Shown here piece after piece: positions 21,823 through 31,849 of a stretch of DNA of 64,000 nucleotides. Origin of the DNA: an uncultured Actinomycetota bacterium (GTDB taxonomy: Bacteria; Actinomycetota; Actinomycetes; JAFAQI01). Every line of letters begins with the position of its first letter. Position 1 is the first letter of the stretch. Position numbers and translations under genes: made by a program. Under the pieces are notes generated by a model. That model was not told the DNA's origin, made no database searches, and was given only the letters and a program-made list of their open reading frames with translations. The DNA lies in NCBI GenBank assembly GCA_963770565.1, contig CAVYQE010000011.1, forward strand, positions 864,001-928,000. Reading direction: 5' to 3'.

Positions 21823-23093
21823 CCGGTCGAGGTGCTCGACTTCGACTTCGTCTTCGTCTTGGTCTTTGTCTTCGCGCTGGTCTTGACGGTCGGCGCGGCG
21901 GTAGTCGTGGTGGTGTGCTCGGGGGTCGGCGCCGCAGTCGCCGCAGTCGCCGCAATGCTCGCCTCAGCGGATGCCGCGGTGGGTGCTCGCGCGCCGGCCA
22001 AGGTGGCGACCGCAATGGTGACGAGGGCGCCAAGGATCAGCGCCGCCGGTTCCCCCGGTTTCAGCAGGTGCAACTCGGCACCGAGCGTGGCGGCCGCGAC
22101 TGGCACCCCGAGCTGGGCAGAGGCAAGCGCCCCGACCGCGATCGGCTGACCGGTCAGCCGCATCGCGACGTGGGTGAGGACCGCCCCCAGTCCGAGCACC
22201 ACGCCGAGCACGATGAACGACGGATGGTGGCCGAGGTCGCGCAGGTTCAGCGACGAACCGAGCCAGACGAAGAACAGCGGCCCGAAGAAGCCCTCGGTGA
22301 TCGCGAACAGCTGTTTGGCCAGCCGTCGCGGCTCACCGACAGCCGCGACCGCAATGCCGAACGTGAACCCGGCCAGCATGATCGACACGTGGGTCCGGGT
22401 GGCCACCGCGGCCAGCCCGAACAGCGCGGCCAGGCTGACCCGCAGCTCCAGGGCGAACAGCCGCTCCTCCGAGATCTTGTGAAGGTACTTCCGCCGCCCG
22501 GAGCGCTCGCCACGACGCAGCAGGAAGAACAGCACGACCGCGCAGGCGATCACCGCGAGCGCTCCCAGCGCCGCCCGGGCGGCGTGCGACGGATCGATCG
22601 CCAGCGGAAGCGCGACGATGCACGCGGCGTCTGCCACCGCGATCTGCGGCAGCATCCCGATCACGTCCGGCCCTCCGAGGCCGAGCGAGTCGACGATCGG
22701 CAGGATCAGAGCCGCCGACGACGACGCCATTAGTACGGCGTACAACCAGGGGTGGCCGGTGCCGAAGATGTGCGAGACGGCAATGCCGGCCGGCACGGAC
22801 ACGACACCGATCCCGACCGCCCGCAGCAAGCCGGTTCGCAGGGCGGTCTTCATGCTGGCGTCCCGCACCGGCACGTGCGAGCCGGCCACGAACATCACCA
22901 GGGCGAAGCCGATATCGGCCAGGAACGTGAAGGTCGTGTTGTCGGCGTGCAGCTGGTTGAACCCGGTGGCACCGAGGGCGATCCCGGCCGCCAGCTCGCC
23001 GAGCACGATCGGAAGGTGCCAGCCGCGGGGATAGGCAAGCAGCGGTCCGAGCAGGCCGATGACCGCGATCAGCGCCAGATTGGCAAAGCTCAT
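21819..23093 (-). CDS. Cation:proton antiporter (CPA family)
   Basis: LGELAAGIALG, GFALVMFVAG, FFGPLFFVWLG, about 12 TM segments; low-complexity T/K tail. Confidence 0.85.
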   Translation of the reverse strand: MSFANLALIAVIGLLGPLLAYPRGWHLPIVLGELAAGIALGATGFNQLHADNTTFTFLADIGFALVMFVAGSHVPVRDASMKTALRTGLLRAVGIGVVSVPAGIAVSHIFGTGHPWLYAVLMASSSAALILPIVDSLGLGGPDVIGMLPQIAVADAACIVALPLAIDPSHAARAALGALAVIACAVVLFFLLRRGERSGRRKYLHKISEERLFALELRVSLAALFGLAAVATRTHVSIMLAGFTFGIAVAAVGEPRRLAKQLFAITEGFFGPLFFVWLGSSLNLRDLGHHPSFIVLGVVLGLGAVLTHVAMRLTGQPIAVGALASAQLGVPVAAATLGAELHLLKPGEPAALILGALVTIAVATLAGARAPTAASAEASIAATAATAAPTPEHTTTTTAAPTVKTSAKTKTKTKTKSKSSTSTG

Positions 23094-23482
23094 GTGCGAG
23101 TTCTCAGCACCAACGCGACCAGGCGGCACGGGATGTCGGTGTTCTCGTCGACGTGGTAGCTCGCGCAGACCCGGTGGTAGCCGTCGGCGATCTGCAGATG
23201 GCGGCCGGACCCGATGTCGCCGCGAACCAGCAACACCGGCGACAGGTCGCGGCCCTTACGGATCTTCTTGAGGTCGGCCAGGACGTGCGGGTTGTCGACG
23301 TCGAGCAGGTCGAGGCCCGACGCCCGGAGGATGTCCTTGGCCTTCTGGTGGATGATCGGCGCGCTGCGCAAGTCCTCGACCAGACGCTTGACCACTTCGG
23401 GCCGCGCGATCAACGACAGGTAGTCCCCGGCCGCCGGGTAGTCGTGCTCGTCCGGCTCGTTCTTCCACTTGACGCCTGCCAT
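23090..23482 (-). CDS. Small conserved hypothetical protein with a ParB/sulfiredoxin-like motif
   Basis: LSPVLLV...LQIADGYHRVCA; ATGA overlap with the antiporter start. Confidence 0.75.
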   Translation of the reverse strand: MAGVKWKNEPDEHDYPAAGDYLSLIARPEVVKRLVEDLRSAPIIHQKAKDILRASGLDLLDVDNPHVLADLKKIRKGRDLSPVLLVRGDIGSGRHLQIADGYHRVCASYHVDENTDIPCRLVALVLRTRT

Positions 23483-23609
23483 CCGCCTCACCCTCTCGAA
23501 CCCCCGGGCCTCCCGGCCTTGGTTGAGTATGGCCAGCAAAGTGCAAAGATCGAGGGAATCCTTCACGGTGCCGTGCTTATGGCGACCTGGGTCAGGGCAA
23601 GGAGCAGTC

Positions 23610-24749
23610 ATGCGAATCCGACGTACGGCCCTTTGCGGGGTAGTGGCGCTGGCGGTCGGTGGCCTGGTGACCGGCCAAGCGGCACTCGGCGCGACCGACC
23701 GGGCGGTGGCTCCCAACAGCCCCACGATCGTCGGCCACCTCGCGTACCTGACCGCGAAGGACACCGTCGAGCTCGCGACGGTCGAATCGAACGGTACGAC
23801 GACCGGCGCCAAGCGGATCGGCCCGGTCACTCTCGTCACGTTGAGCGACACCGTGCAGATCGACGACCTGATGTCATCAGGCGACGGCGCGTGGCTCGCG
23901 TGGCAGGAGCAGGTCTTCACGCACAAGGGCGATCTCGTCAAGACCGTGCTCGTGCTCCGCGAGGAGGGCGATGGGGCGACCTTCACGTTGAACACCGCGC
24001 AGTCACCGCTCGGATTCGCCGGCGACCAACTCCTGACGTCCAGCGCGAACGCGACGAGGCGGGTCAGCGTGCAGCCGACCATCCATCTGATCAAGGTCAC
24101 CGATCACGCGTTCCCCCTCGCGGCGTACCCGCACGGCGTCGTCGACGGTCCGTCGTACCTGGCTCCGAAGGGTCCGGCCCAGACCTGGCGAGTCCGGCTG
24201 ACTTCCTTCGGCGGCAAGCACACGACGCTGCACGACTACGTGCTCGGCCCGACCAACTACCGCAACCCGGATGCCGCCTGGGTCAGTGGCGACGGCAAGC
24301 ACGTGGTGATCGAGCGCGGCAACCACCAGGACTTCGGCGGCCTCGGGCCGTCGTCGCTGGCCGACGAGTTCGTCCTGGGCGCAGGTCATGCCCGCAGCCA
24401 GTTAGGGCACTACGGCACCGACAAGCAGGCCTGGCGGATCGGTTCGGTGAGCTTCTCCGGCTCGTCGGACTCGGTCTGGGCGATGTGGGAACGGCTGACC
24501 AAGACCGGGGCGACCAGCGTGGTCGCGCTTCGCGAGCACGGTGCCTGGACGCTGATCGCCGGGCACGGGATCGCCGTCGCCGGCAACCACCACGGCTATG
24601 TCGTCGTGCAGCCCGGCAAGCTGGTGTTGACCAACCCCGACGTGCAGGGCTACGGCACGGTGCCGACCAGGCACGCCGAACTGCGCCACGGCAGCTCGAG
24701 CGTCACGCTGAACGCCGAAGGAACCACGTTCGTCTGGGTCAGCAGCTGA
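23610..24749 (+). CDS. Secreted hypothetical protein (beta-rich, possible propeller)
   Basis: RBS AAGGAG; signal peptide MRIRRTALCGVVALAVGG; SGDG repeats; GC-rich third positions. Confidence 0.75.
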   Translation: MRIRRTALCGVVALAVGGLVTGQAALGATDRAVAPNSPTIVGHLAYLTAKDTVELATVESNGTTTGAKRIGPVTLVTLSDTVQIDDLMSSGDGAWLAWQEQVFTHKGDLVKTVLVLREEGDGATFTLNTAQSPLGFAGDQLLTSSANATRRVSVQPTIHLIKVTDHAFPLAAYPHGVVDGPSYLAPKGPAQTWRVRLTSFGGKHTTLHDYVLGPTNYRNPDAAWVSGDGKHVVIERGNHQDFGGLGPSSLADEFVLGAGHARSQLGHYGTDKQAWRIGSVSFSGSSDSVWAMWERLTKTGATSVVALREHGAWTLIAGHGIAVAGNHHGYVVVQPGKLVLTNPDVQGYGTVPTRHAELRHGSSSVTLNAEGTTFVWVSS

Positions 24750-24777
24750 CCGTAACGCTGAAGAGCAACACCGTCAC

Positions 24778-25656
24778 TCAGAGGTACGCCCCGGACGGCA
24801 GGTAGGCCCGGGGCGGAGAGCCGCCCCGCCAGAACGCGGCTCCGCCAGGCGTCACCCGCAGCCGGGCGCGATAACAGATCTCGATCGCCCACTGTTGCTC
24901 GGCGTTGAGGTGGTAGACGTCGGCGGAGCGGCCGAGGTCGCTGACGGTCGCCAGGCAGTGCCACAGCAGCGCCCGGGCGGTGTCGTCGTCGGTGGCCGCG
25001 AGGTTGTAGAGCACGCCGTCCTCGCGGAGGTAGGCATAGCCGCGGCCCTCGACGTCGTCGACCACGAACATCTGCAGGTCCGTGGCCATCCGGACCTGGT
25101 CCGGTCCGTGCGGCGCGCCGCGCACGACCCGGTCCACCGCGTCGGCGAACTCCACGTCGGCGAGCGAGCCCGCTCGAACCGGTCGATGCGCGGCCGGTAG
25201 GACCGATCGGTCCGGTTCGCCCATGCCCTCGACCTGCGGATGTACCGCGAAGTCGCTGGTGGCATACAGCCGCATCGCCCGCGGATCGTGGGTCGACAGG
25301 ATGACCAGCTGGGAGCAGCCCTCGGCGTACGTCAACGTCGCGTCCATCAGCCGGCGCCCGATGCCGCTCGACTGCACGCTCGGGTCGACGCACATGAGGG
25401 AGAGTCCCCAGAGCTGCTCGCGTTTGAGCCCGAGGGCAGCACCGACAACGCGGTCGTCCTCGGTGGCGACCCAGGCGCCGGCCGGATCGTGGTCGAGGAA
25501 GTGCCGATAGCGACCGTGCATCCGGGCCAGGACGTCGTCGGTGACGGTTCTGGGCGTGACGCCGGAGCTGAGGTCGAGCACCTCGAACGCCGCGATCTGC
25601 GCGAGCGTGGCCGCCGCGATGTCGGCCTCGGCCATTGGTCGCACCGTGACCGCCAT
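24778..25656 (-). CDS. GNAT-family N-acetyltransferase
   Basis: Motif A VDPSVQSSGIGRRLM; AMRLY. Confidence 0.85.
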   Translation of the reverse strand: MAVTVRPMAEADIAAATLAQIAAFEVLDLSSGVTPRTVTDDVLARMHGRYRHFLDHDPAGAWVATEDDRVVGAALGLKREQLWGLSLMCVDPSVQSSGIGRRLMDATLTYAEGCSQLVILSTHDPRAMRLYATSDFAVHPQVEGMGEPDRSVLPAAHRPVRAGSLADVEFADAVDRVVRGAPHGPDQVRMATDLQMFVVDDVEGRGYAYLREDGVLYNLAATDDDTARALLWHCLATVSDLGRSADVYHLNAEQQWAIEICYRARLRVTPGGAAFWRGGSPPRAYLPSGAYL

Positions 25657-25693
25657 CGCACCTGCCTACCAGCCGGCGCGGCAGGATGGCGGC

Positions 25694-26797
25694 ATGCGGG
25701 TCGTCGTGGCGCCGGATTCATTCGGCGGGACCCTTCGCGCCGACCAGGCCGCGGCCGCGATCGCGGCCGGCTGGCGCGAGGTGGCGCCCGCTGATGAGAT
25801 CGTCTGCCGGCCGCTGTCCGACGGCGGCCCGGGGCTGGTAGCGGCGCTGGCGGCCGCGCTGCTGGACGCGGCGCGGATCCCGGTCGACTGTTCGGGCCCG
25901 ACCGGGCTGCCGATGGTCGCCGACGTCCTGCGGATCGGCCCGACCGGGTACGTCGAGAGCGCGGCGGCCTGCGGGCTGGACGACCTTCGCGCCCTGAACG
26001 GCGACGTGCGAACGGCGACGACGTACGGCGTCGGTCAGCTGGTGGCCGCGGTCGCCGCGCTGCCCGGTGTCGAGGTCGTGGTCGTCGGTCTTGGTGGATC
26101 GGGCAGCAACGACGGGGGAGCCGGGCTCTGGGCGGCGCTCGGCGCCGAGCCGGCGGCGGTCCTGCGCGGAGGCGGCGCGGCACTGCGTGGCCTCGACACG
26201 GTAACGCCGCCTGGCCCGATCGGTGCCCGGCTGGTGGCCGCGACCGACGTCGACAACCCGTTGCTCGGCCTGACCGGGGCGAGCGCGGTCTACGGGCCGC
26301 AGAAGGGCGCGGATCGCGAGGCGGTGATGAGCCTCGACCTCGCACTCGGGAACTGGGCCGATGCGGTCGAAGCCGCGACCGGTCGGGCGGGCCTGCGCGA
26401 CCGGCCTGGTGCCGGCGCCGCCGGCGGCCTCGGTTTCGGACTGCTGGCCCTCGGCGCGGAGCGGGTACCCGGCTCCGCGCTGGTGATCTCGGCGGTCGGC
26501 CTGGCCGAACAGATCGAGTCGGCCGACCTGGTGGTCACCGGCGAGGGTCACTTGGACGAGACCTCGCTGCGCGGCAAGGTGCCGGCCGCGGTCGCCCGGC
26601 TCGCCCAGGCCGCCGGCGTGCCCTGCGTGGTGGTGGCCGGCCAGTCGAGTCTGGGCGCGCGGGTGGCGGCCGCGAACGGCATCGACGAGGTCTGGTCGGT
26701 CGCCGGGGAGCTGGGTTCGGTCGAGGCCGCGCTCGGCGCGGGTGCCGAGGGCGTCCGTACGGTCGGTCGCGCGGTGGCCCGCTCATGGTCGAGATGA
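25694..26797 (+). CDS. Glycerate kinase
   Basis: VVAPDSFGGTL, LSDGGPG, GLGGSGSNDGG, YGPQKGA, GAAGGLG, TGEG. Confidence 0.92.
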   Translation: MRVVVAPDSFGGTLRADQAAAAIAAGWREVAPADEIVCRPLSDGGPGLVAALAAALLDAARIPVDCSGPTGLPMVADVLRIGPTGYVESAAACGLDDLRALNGDVRTATTYGVGQLVAAVAALPGVEVVVVGLGGSGSNDGGAGLWAALGAEPAAVLRGGGAALRGLDTVTPPGPIGARLVAATDVDNPLLGLTGASAVYGPQKGADREAVMSLDLALGNWADAVEAATGRAGLRDRPGAGAAGGLGFGLLALGAERVPGSALVISAVGLAEQIESADLVVTGEGHLDETSLRGKVPAAVARLAQAAGVPCVVVAGQSSLGARVAAANGIDEVWSVAGELGSVEAALGAGAEGVRTVGRAVARSWSR

Positions 26798-26921
26798 CCG
26801 GTTACGCGGGACGGTGTGGGATCATGGAGGCCGGGAAGAACCACGAGGGGCCGGCCGTTGCACCTCGCAGGGCCAGTTTGAAGCCGTTCGAGCCCGTAAA
26901 CCGCGACAGGGAGTTCACCGA

Positions 26922-27284
26922 ATGACCGTGCAGGACACGTCGACCGAGACCGTCGAGCCGCAGACCGTCGTGCTCAGCGACACCGCGGCCAGCAAGGTCA
27001 AGCACCTGCTCGACCAGGAAGGTCGCGACGACCTGGCGCTGCGAATCGCCGTACAGCCGGGTGGCTGCTCGGGCCTGCGCTACCAGCTGTTCTTCGACGA
27101 GCGCACGCTCGAGGGCGACCAGTTCATCGACTTCAGCGGTGTGAAGGTCGTCGTCGACCGGATGAGCGGTCCCTACCTCGCCGGCGCCACGATCGACTTC
27201 GTCGACACGATCGAGAAGCAGGGCTTCACGATCGACAACCCGAACGCAACCGGCTCCTGCGCCTGCGGCGACTCCTTCCACTAA
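26922..27284 (+). CDS. erpA: A-type Fe-S cluster carrier (HesB/IscA/ErpA)
   Basis: GGCSGLRY, NPNATGSCACGDSF. Confidence 0.93.
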   Translation: MTVQDTSTETVEPQTVVLSDTAASKVKHLLDQEGRDDLALRIAVQPGGCSGLRYQLFFDERTLEGDQFIDFSGVKVVVDRMSGPYLAGATIDFVDTIEKQGFTIDNPNATGSCACGDSFH

Positions 27285-27311
27285 TCGCGGCCCTGCCCGC
27301 CCGCAACACCA

Positions 27312-27392
27312 ATGGCCCATGCGTGGGGCCATAGCCCCACCGATGGGCCATGCGTGGGGTTATAACCCCACCGATGGGCCATGCGTGGGGTC
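27312..27392. repeat. Repeat family B, locus 1: 31-bp units ATGGSCCATGCGTGGGG-N6-CCCCACCG
   Basis: Units start at 27312, 27343 and 27374. Confidence 0.92.
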
Positions 27393-27396
27393 GGAC

Positions 27397-27594
27397 CTAG
27401 AGCTGTTGTGCGGCTTCGACCAGCGAGACAGAGGCGGCGGGGATGCAAATCACCTGCTTTTCGGCCCGCTCCGGCTCGGCCGCTGAGCGGCCCGAGCGGC
27501 TGAATGCAGCGGCCGGAATTGCCTGCCCATCGGTCACCAGCTCGGCCAGCGTCTCGGCGTCGAGCATCGAGCGAACCGCCCGCTTCGGGGTCAT
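27397..27594 (-). CDS. Small hypothetical protein (65 aa, MTPKRAVRSMLDAETLAELV...)
   Basis: TACCGT -10-like hexamer 6 nt before the ATG; fills the gap between the repeat and the kinase gene. Confidence 0.5.
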   Translation of the reverse strand: MTPKRAVRSMLDAETLAELVTDGQAIPAAAFSRSGRSAAEPERAEKQVICIPAASVSLVEAAQQL

Positions 27595-27656
27595 GATCCG
27601 ACGGTATGGGTGACCCGCGGGTAGCGGAAGGTCTACCGGCGGGTAGTTTGCCCGCT

Positions 27657-28616
27657 GTGCGCATAGCCGTGAGCGGGTCCATCGCGACCGACCATCTGAT
27701 GACCTTCGGCGGGAGCTTCTCCGAGCAGCTGATCGCCGAGCGGCTACACCACGTCTCGCTGTCATTCCTTGTCGACGGGCTCGAGATCCGTCGCGGCGGC
27801 GCGGCCGCGAACATCTGCTTCGGCCTCGGCGCGCTGCGCCTGCGCCCGGTGCTGGTCGGCTCGGTAGGGGAGGACTTCGGCGAGTACCGGGAGTGGCTCG
27901 ACGCCCACGGCGTGGACACCAGCGGGATCCGGGTCTCGAAGTCGCTCCAGACCGCGCGCTTCATCTGTACGACAGACGCCGAGCAGGCCCAGATCGCCAC
28001 CTTCTACGCGGGCGCCATGAGCGAGGCGCGGGAAATCGACCTCGACACGATCGGCGCGGTCGACCTGGTCGTGGTGAGCCCCAACGACCCCGCCGCGATG
28101 GTCGAGCACACCAAGCACTGCCGGGACGGCGGGCAGCGCTTTGCCGCCGACCCATCCCAGCAGCTCGCCATCCTCGACGCCGAGCCGATCCGGGGGCTGG
28201 TTGCCGGCGCTGACATCTTGTTCGGGAACGCCTACGAGGCAGCGCTGCTCGAGCACAAGACCGGCTGGTCGGCGGACGACGTCCTCGCTCAGGTCGGCAC
28301 CCGGGTCACCACCCATGGCGGGGACGGCATCGTGATCGAGCGGGCCGGCGAGCCGACCGTGTCGGTCGGCGTCGTACCCGCGCCGGCGCTCGTCGAGCCG
28401 ACCGGGGTGGGTGACGCGTTCCGGGCTGGCTACCTCGCCGCGCAGTCGTGGGGTCTCTCGGTCGAGCGCTCGGCCCAGATGGGTGCCCTGTTGGCGACCT
28501 GGTGCGTGGAGTCGGTGGGTCCGCAGGAATACACCGTCGACCCCGACCAAGCGAAGGAGCGGCTGGCTGCGGCGTACGACGAGGCGGCCGCGGCCGAGAT
28601 TTGCGCATATCTGTGA
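27657..28616 (+). CDS. adoK: PfkB-family carbohydrate kinase, adenosine kinase-like
   Basis: RIAVSGSIATDHLM, GGAAANI, ADPSQQLA, EPTGVGDAFRAG. Confidence 0.88.
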   Translation: MRIAVSGSIATDHLMTFGGSFSEQLIAERLHHVSLSFLVDGLEIRRGGAAANICFGLGALRLRPVLVGSVGEDFGEYREWLDAHGVDTSGIRVSKSLQTARFICTTDAEQAQIATFYAGAMSEAREIDLDTIGAVDLVVVSPNDPAAMVEHTKHCRDGGQRFAADPSQQLAILDAEPIRGLVAGADILFGNAYEAALLEHKTGWSADDVLAQVGTRVTTHGGDGIVIERAGEPTVSVGVVPAPALVEPTGVGDAFRAGYLAAQSWGLSVERSAQMGALLATWCVESVGPQEYTVDPDQAKERLAAAYDEAAAAEICAYL

Positions 28617-28687
28617 CCGGCCGGATGGCCGCGGGACACGCCGCCCCTCAGCGCAACCGCGCGCAGCCGCTGCGTTAGGGTTTCGGC

Positions 28688-29533
28688 GTGCTTGAGGACA
28701 CGACTCCGAGCCCGGACCAGCGGGCTCGCCGGAAGGCTTCGCGGGTCGTGCGAATCGCAGCTCTGGGCGGTTTGACGCTGCTCGCGACCGGGTGCACCGG
28801 CGAGGCGGCCAAGTGGGAACGCGGCGGCTGGCCGGCGCCGGTGACGGTGCAGGGCAAGCACGTCCTCGACCTCTGGGAAGGCTCGCTGCTCGCCTCCGCG
28901 ATCGTCGGCGGCCTGGTGCTCGGGATGATCGTGTACGCCGCGGTGGCGTTCCGGCGAAAGTCACCCAACCAGATCCCGCGGCAGGTCCGCTACAACCTCC
29001 CGATCGAGGTTCTCTACACGTTCATCCCGATCGTCGTGGTTTCGGTGCTCTTCTACTTCACCGCGATCGGCGAGGACAACGAGGACGCGATCAACAACAA
29101 GCCCGCCCTGCAGGTCGGCGTGGTGGGCTTCCAGTGGTCGTGGCAGTTCAACTACGCCAGCCACGCCCTGTCCATCACCGGCCGGCCGGGCCAGCCCCCG
29201 CAGCTCGTGCTCCCAGTCGGCGAGCAGATCCACTTCCACCTGACCTCACCGGACGTGATCCACTCGTTCTGGGTCGTGCCGTTCCTGTTCAAGCGCGACG
29301 TGATCCCTGGTCACCCGAACGAGTTCGAGGTCACGATCACCAAGCAGGGCACCTTCCAAGGCCGTTGCGCAGAGTTCTGCGGGATCCATCACGACCGCAT
29401 GCTGTTCACCGTCAAGGCCGTCTCGCAGACCGCGTTCAAGGCCTGGCTGGCGCAAGCCCAGCAGACCGCGATCGACGGCAGCAACGCTGAATACACCGTC
29501 TATACGGGGCCGTCGGAGGGACCAAGCCTGTGA
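28688..29533 (+). CDS. ctaC: Cytochrome c oxidase subunit II
   Basis: Lipobox LATGC; FQWSW; DVIHSFW; CuA motif [12 protein letters not shown]. Confidence 0.95.
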   Translation: MLEDTTPSPDQRARRKASRVVRIAALGGLTLLATGCTGEAAKWERGGWPAPVTVQGKHVLDLWEGSLLASAIVGGLVLGMIVYAAVAFRRKSPNQIPRQVRYNLPIEVLYTFIPIVVVSVLFYFTAIGEDNEDAINNKPALQVGVVGFQWSWQFNYASHALSITGRPGQPPQLVLPVGEQIHFHLTSPDVIHSFWVVPFLFKRDVIPGHPNEFEVTITKQGTFQGRCAEFCGIHHDRMLFTVKAVSQTAFKAWLAQAQQTAIDGSNAEYTVYTGPSEGPSL

Positions 29534-31229
29534 CCGTCGTCGAGCCCGTCCGCGCCGAACGGCTGCGCCCGCAACGCATCCAGGTGATGCCGGGCAGCCG
29601 GATCGTTCGATGGATGACGACGACCGATCACAAGACGATCGGGCTGATGTACCTCATCACCTCGTTCATCTTCTTCCTGATCGGCGGCGTGATGGCCGAG
29701 CTCATGCGCGCCGAGCTGGCCAGGCCGGGGCTGCAGCTGCTCACCAATGAGCAGTACAACCAGCTGTTCACGATGCACGGCACGATCATGCTGCTGTTCT
29801 TCGCAACGCCGCTGTTCGTGGGCTTCGCCAACGTCATCATGCCGCTGCAGATCGGCGCACCGGACGTCGCGTTCCCGCGGCTGAACATGTTCAGCTACTG
29901 GCTGTTCCTGTTCGGTGGCCTGATCATGATGTCGGGCTTCCTGACCCCGGGTGGAGCGGCCGACTTCGGCTGGTTCGCCTACTCGCCGCTGTCGGGCGCG
30001 CTGTATTCGCCGGGGCCCGGCGCGGACCTGTGGATCATGGGGCTCACCCTGTCCGGGTTCGGCACGATCCTCGGCGGCGTCAACTTCATCACCACGATCA
30101 TCTGTCTGCGCGCCCCAGGCATGACGATGTTCCGGATGCCGATCTTCACCTGGAACATCCTGGTCACGTCGATCCTGGTGCTGGTCGCGTTCCCGGTGCT
30201 GGCGGCGGCGTTGCTCGCCCTCGAGGCCGACCGCAAGTTCGGCGCTCACGTCTTCGACGCGAGCAACGGCGGAGCGGTGCTCTGGCAGCACCTGTTCTGG
30301 TTCTTCGGCCATCCCGAGGTCTACATCGTCGCCTTGCCCTTCTTCGGGATCATCACCGAGGTGATCCCGGTCTTCAGCCGCAAGCCCCTGTTCGGCTACA
30401 AGGGCTTGGTCTTCGCGACGATCTCGATCTCCGGGCTGTCGATCACGGTGTGGGCGCACCACATGTTCGCCACCGGGGCCGTGCTGCTTCCGTTCTTCTC
30501 GCTGCTGTCGTTCCTGATCGCGGTGCCGACCGGGGTGAAGTTCTTCAACTGGATCGGCACGATGTGGCGCGGCGCGATCTCCTTCGATACCGCGATGTTG
30601 TTCGCGATCGGCTTCCTGATCACGTTCCTGCTCGGGGGTCTGACCGGCGTACTGCTCGCCTCACCGCCGATCGACTTCCACGTCAGCGACTCCTACTTCG
30701 TCGTCGCGCACTTCCACTACGTGCTGTTCGGCACGGTCGTGTTCGCGATGTTCTCCGGCTTCTACTTCTGGTGGCCGAAGATGACCGGCACGATGCTCGA
30801 CGAACGGCTCGGCAAGATCCACTTCTGGACCCTGTTCATCGGCTTCCACATGACGTTCCTCGTGCAGCACTGGCTCGGCGTCGAGGGCATGCCACGCCGC
30901 TATCCGGACTACTTACCCACCGACGGCTGGACCACGCTCAACACGATCTCGACGATCGGTGCGCTACATCCTCGGCCTGTCAATGCTGCCGTTCATGTAC
31001 AACGTCGTGGCGATCGTGGGTCGGCAAGAACGAGCGGGTGGTCGGCGACGACCCGTGGGGCTACGGCAACTCGCTGGAGTGGGCGACGTCGTGTCCGCCA
31101 CCGCGGCACAACTTCACCTCGATCCCGCGGATCCGGTCCGAGCGGCCGGCCTTCGACCTGCACTACCCGCACTTGTCGGGGCTTCCTGAGATGCACTCGC
31201 TGCCGGTGGCCGTCGAGGATCCGGCATGA
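29530..31229 (+). CDS. ctaD: Cytochrome c oxidase subunit I, with two apparent +1 insertions near 30964 and 31007-31010
   Basis: TDHKTIG, TMHGT, GHPEVY, WAHHM, HFHYV, GMPRR; the conserved tail [23 protein letters not shown] is in another frame that ends at 31229, overlapping the ctaF ATG. Confidence 0.93.
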
Positions 31230-31618
31230 AGGTCGAGGGCTTCCTCTTCGCGTTCATCGCGGTTTTCCTCGCCGGCACCGACGTCGTCTACTGGTTCCTC
31301 TCGCACGACCCGACCGGGACGACCGCGCTGGCCCTGGGTGCACTTCTCGGGACGCTGACCGGCTCGTACCTGCTGGTGTCGGCGAGCCGGATGGATGCCC
31401 GCCCGGAGGACCGCAAGGACGCCGAGATCGGGGACGGCGCGGGCGAGATCGGCTTCTTCAGCCCGTACAGCTGGGCGCCGCTGTGGTGCGCCGGGGCGGC
31501 CGCGGTGTTCTTCACCGGGATCGTCTTCGGCTGGTGGCTGTGCTTCATCGGCGCGGCCTTCGCCGTGCCTGCAGTCGGCTCGATGGTGTTCGAGTACTAC
31601 TCCGACGACATGGCCTGA
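31226..31618 (+). CDS. ctaF: Cytochrome c oxidase subunit 4
   Basis: [30 protein letters not shown]. Confidence 0.92.
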   Translation: MKVEGFLFAFIAVFLAGTDVVYWFLSHDPTGTTALALGALLGTLTGSYLLVSASRMDARPEDRKDAEIGDGAGEIGFFSPYSWAPLWCAGAAAVFFTGIVFGWWLCFIGAAFAVPAVGSMVFEYYSDDMA

Positions 31619-31631
31619 CGCCTCAGTCGGT

Positions 31632-31832
31632 TCAGCCCGCCGCAGAGCTCGAGGGCTTGGCCGTCGGCGCGGTCTTGGCGTGCTCCGCGACCTCGAGCCA
31701 GATCGGATCGCGATCGGGACGTTCAGCTCGGTTGATGGCGACCGAGTCCGGGCTCTCAGTGCTGACAAGGTCGCACAGCAACGTGATCGGGACCCGCTCG
31801 TGGAGCAGGGTCATGACGGAGACGGTCCTCAT
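31632..31832 (-). CDS. Small hypothetical protein (66 aa)
   Basis: RBS AAGGGG; VPITLLCDL...PDS motif resembles small actinobacterial proteins (from memory). Confidence 0.6.
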   Translation of the reverse strand: MRTVSVMTLLHERVPITLLCDLVSTESPDSVAINRAERPDRDPIWLEVAEHAKTAPTAKPSSSAAG

Positions 31833-31849
31833 GGCGCACCCCTTGGTCT

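Noticed and set aside
30955-31020. Programmed frameshifting in ctaD or in the DEDD nuclease gene
   Set aside because: No slippery heptamer or stimulatory structure is visible; clustered single C/G insertions fit sequencing error better.
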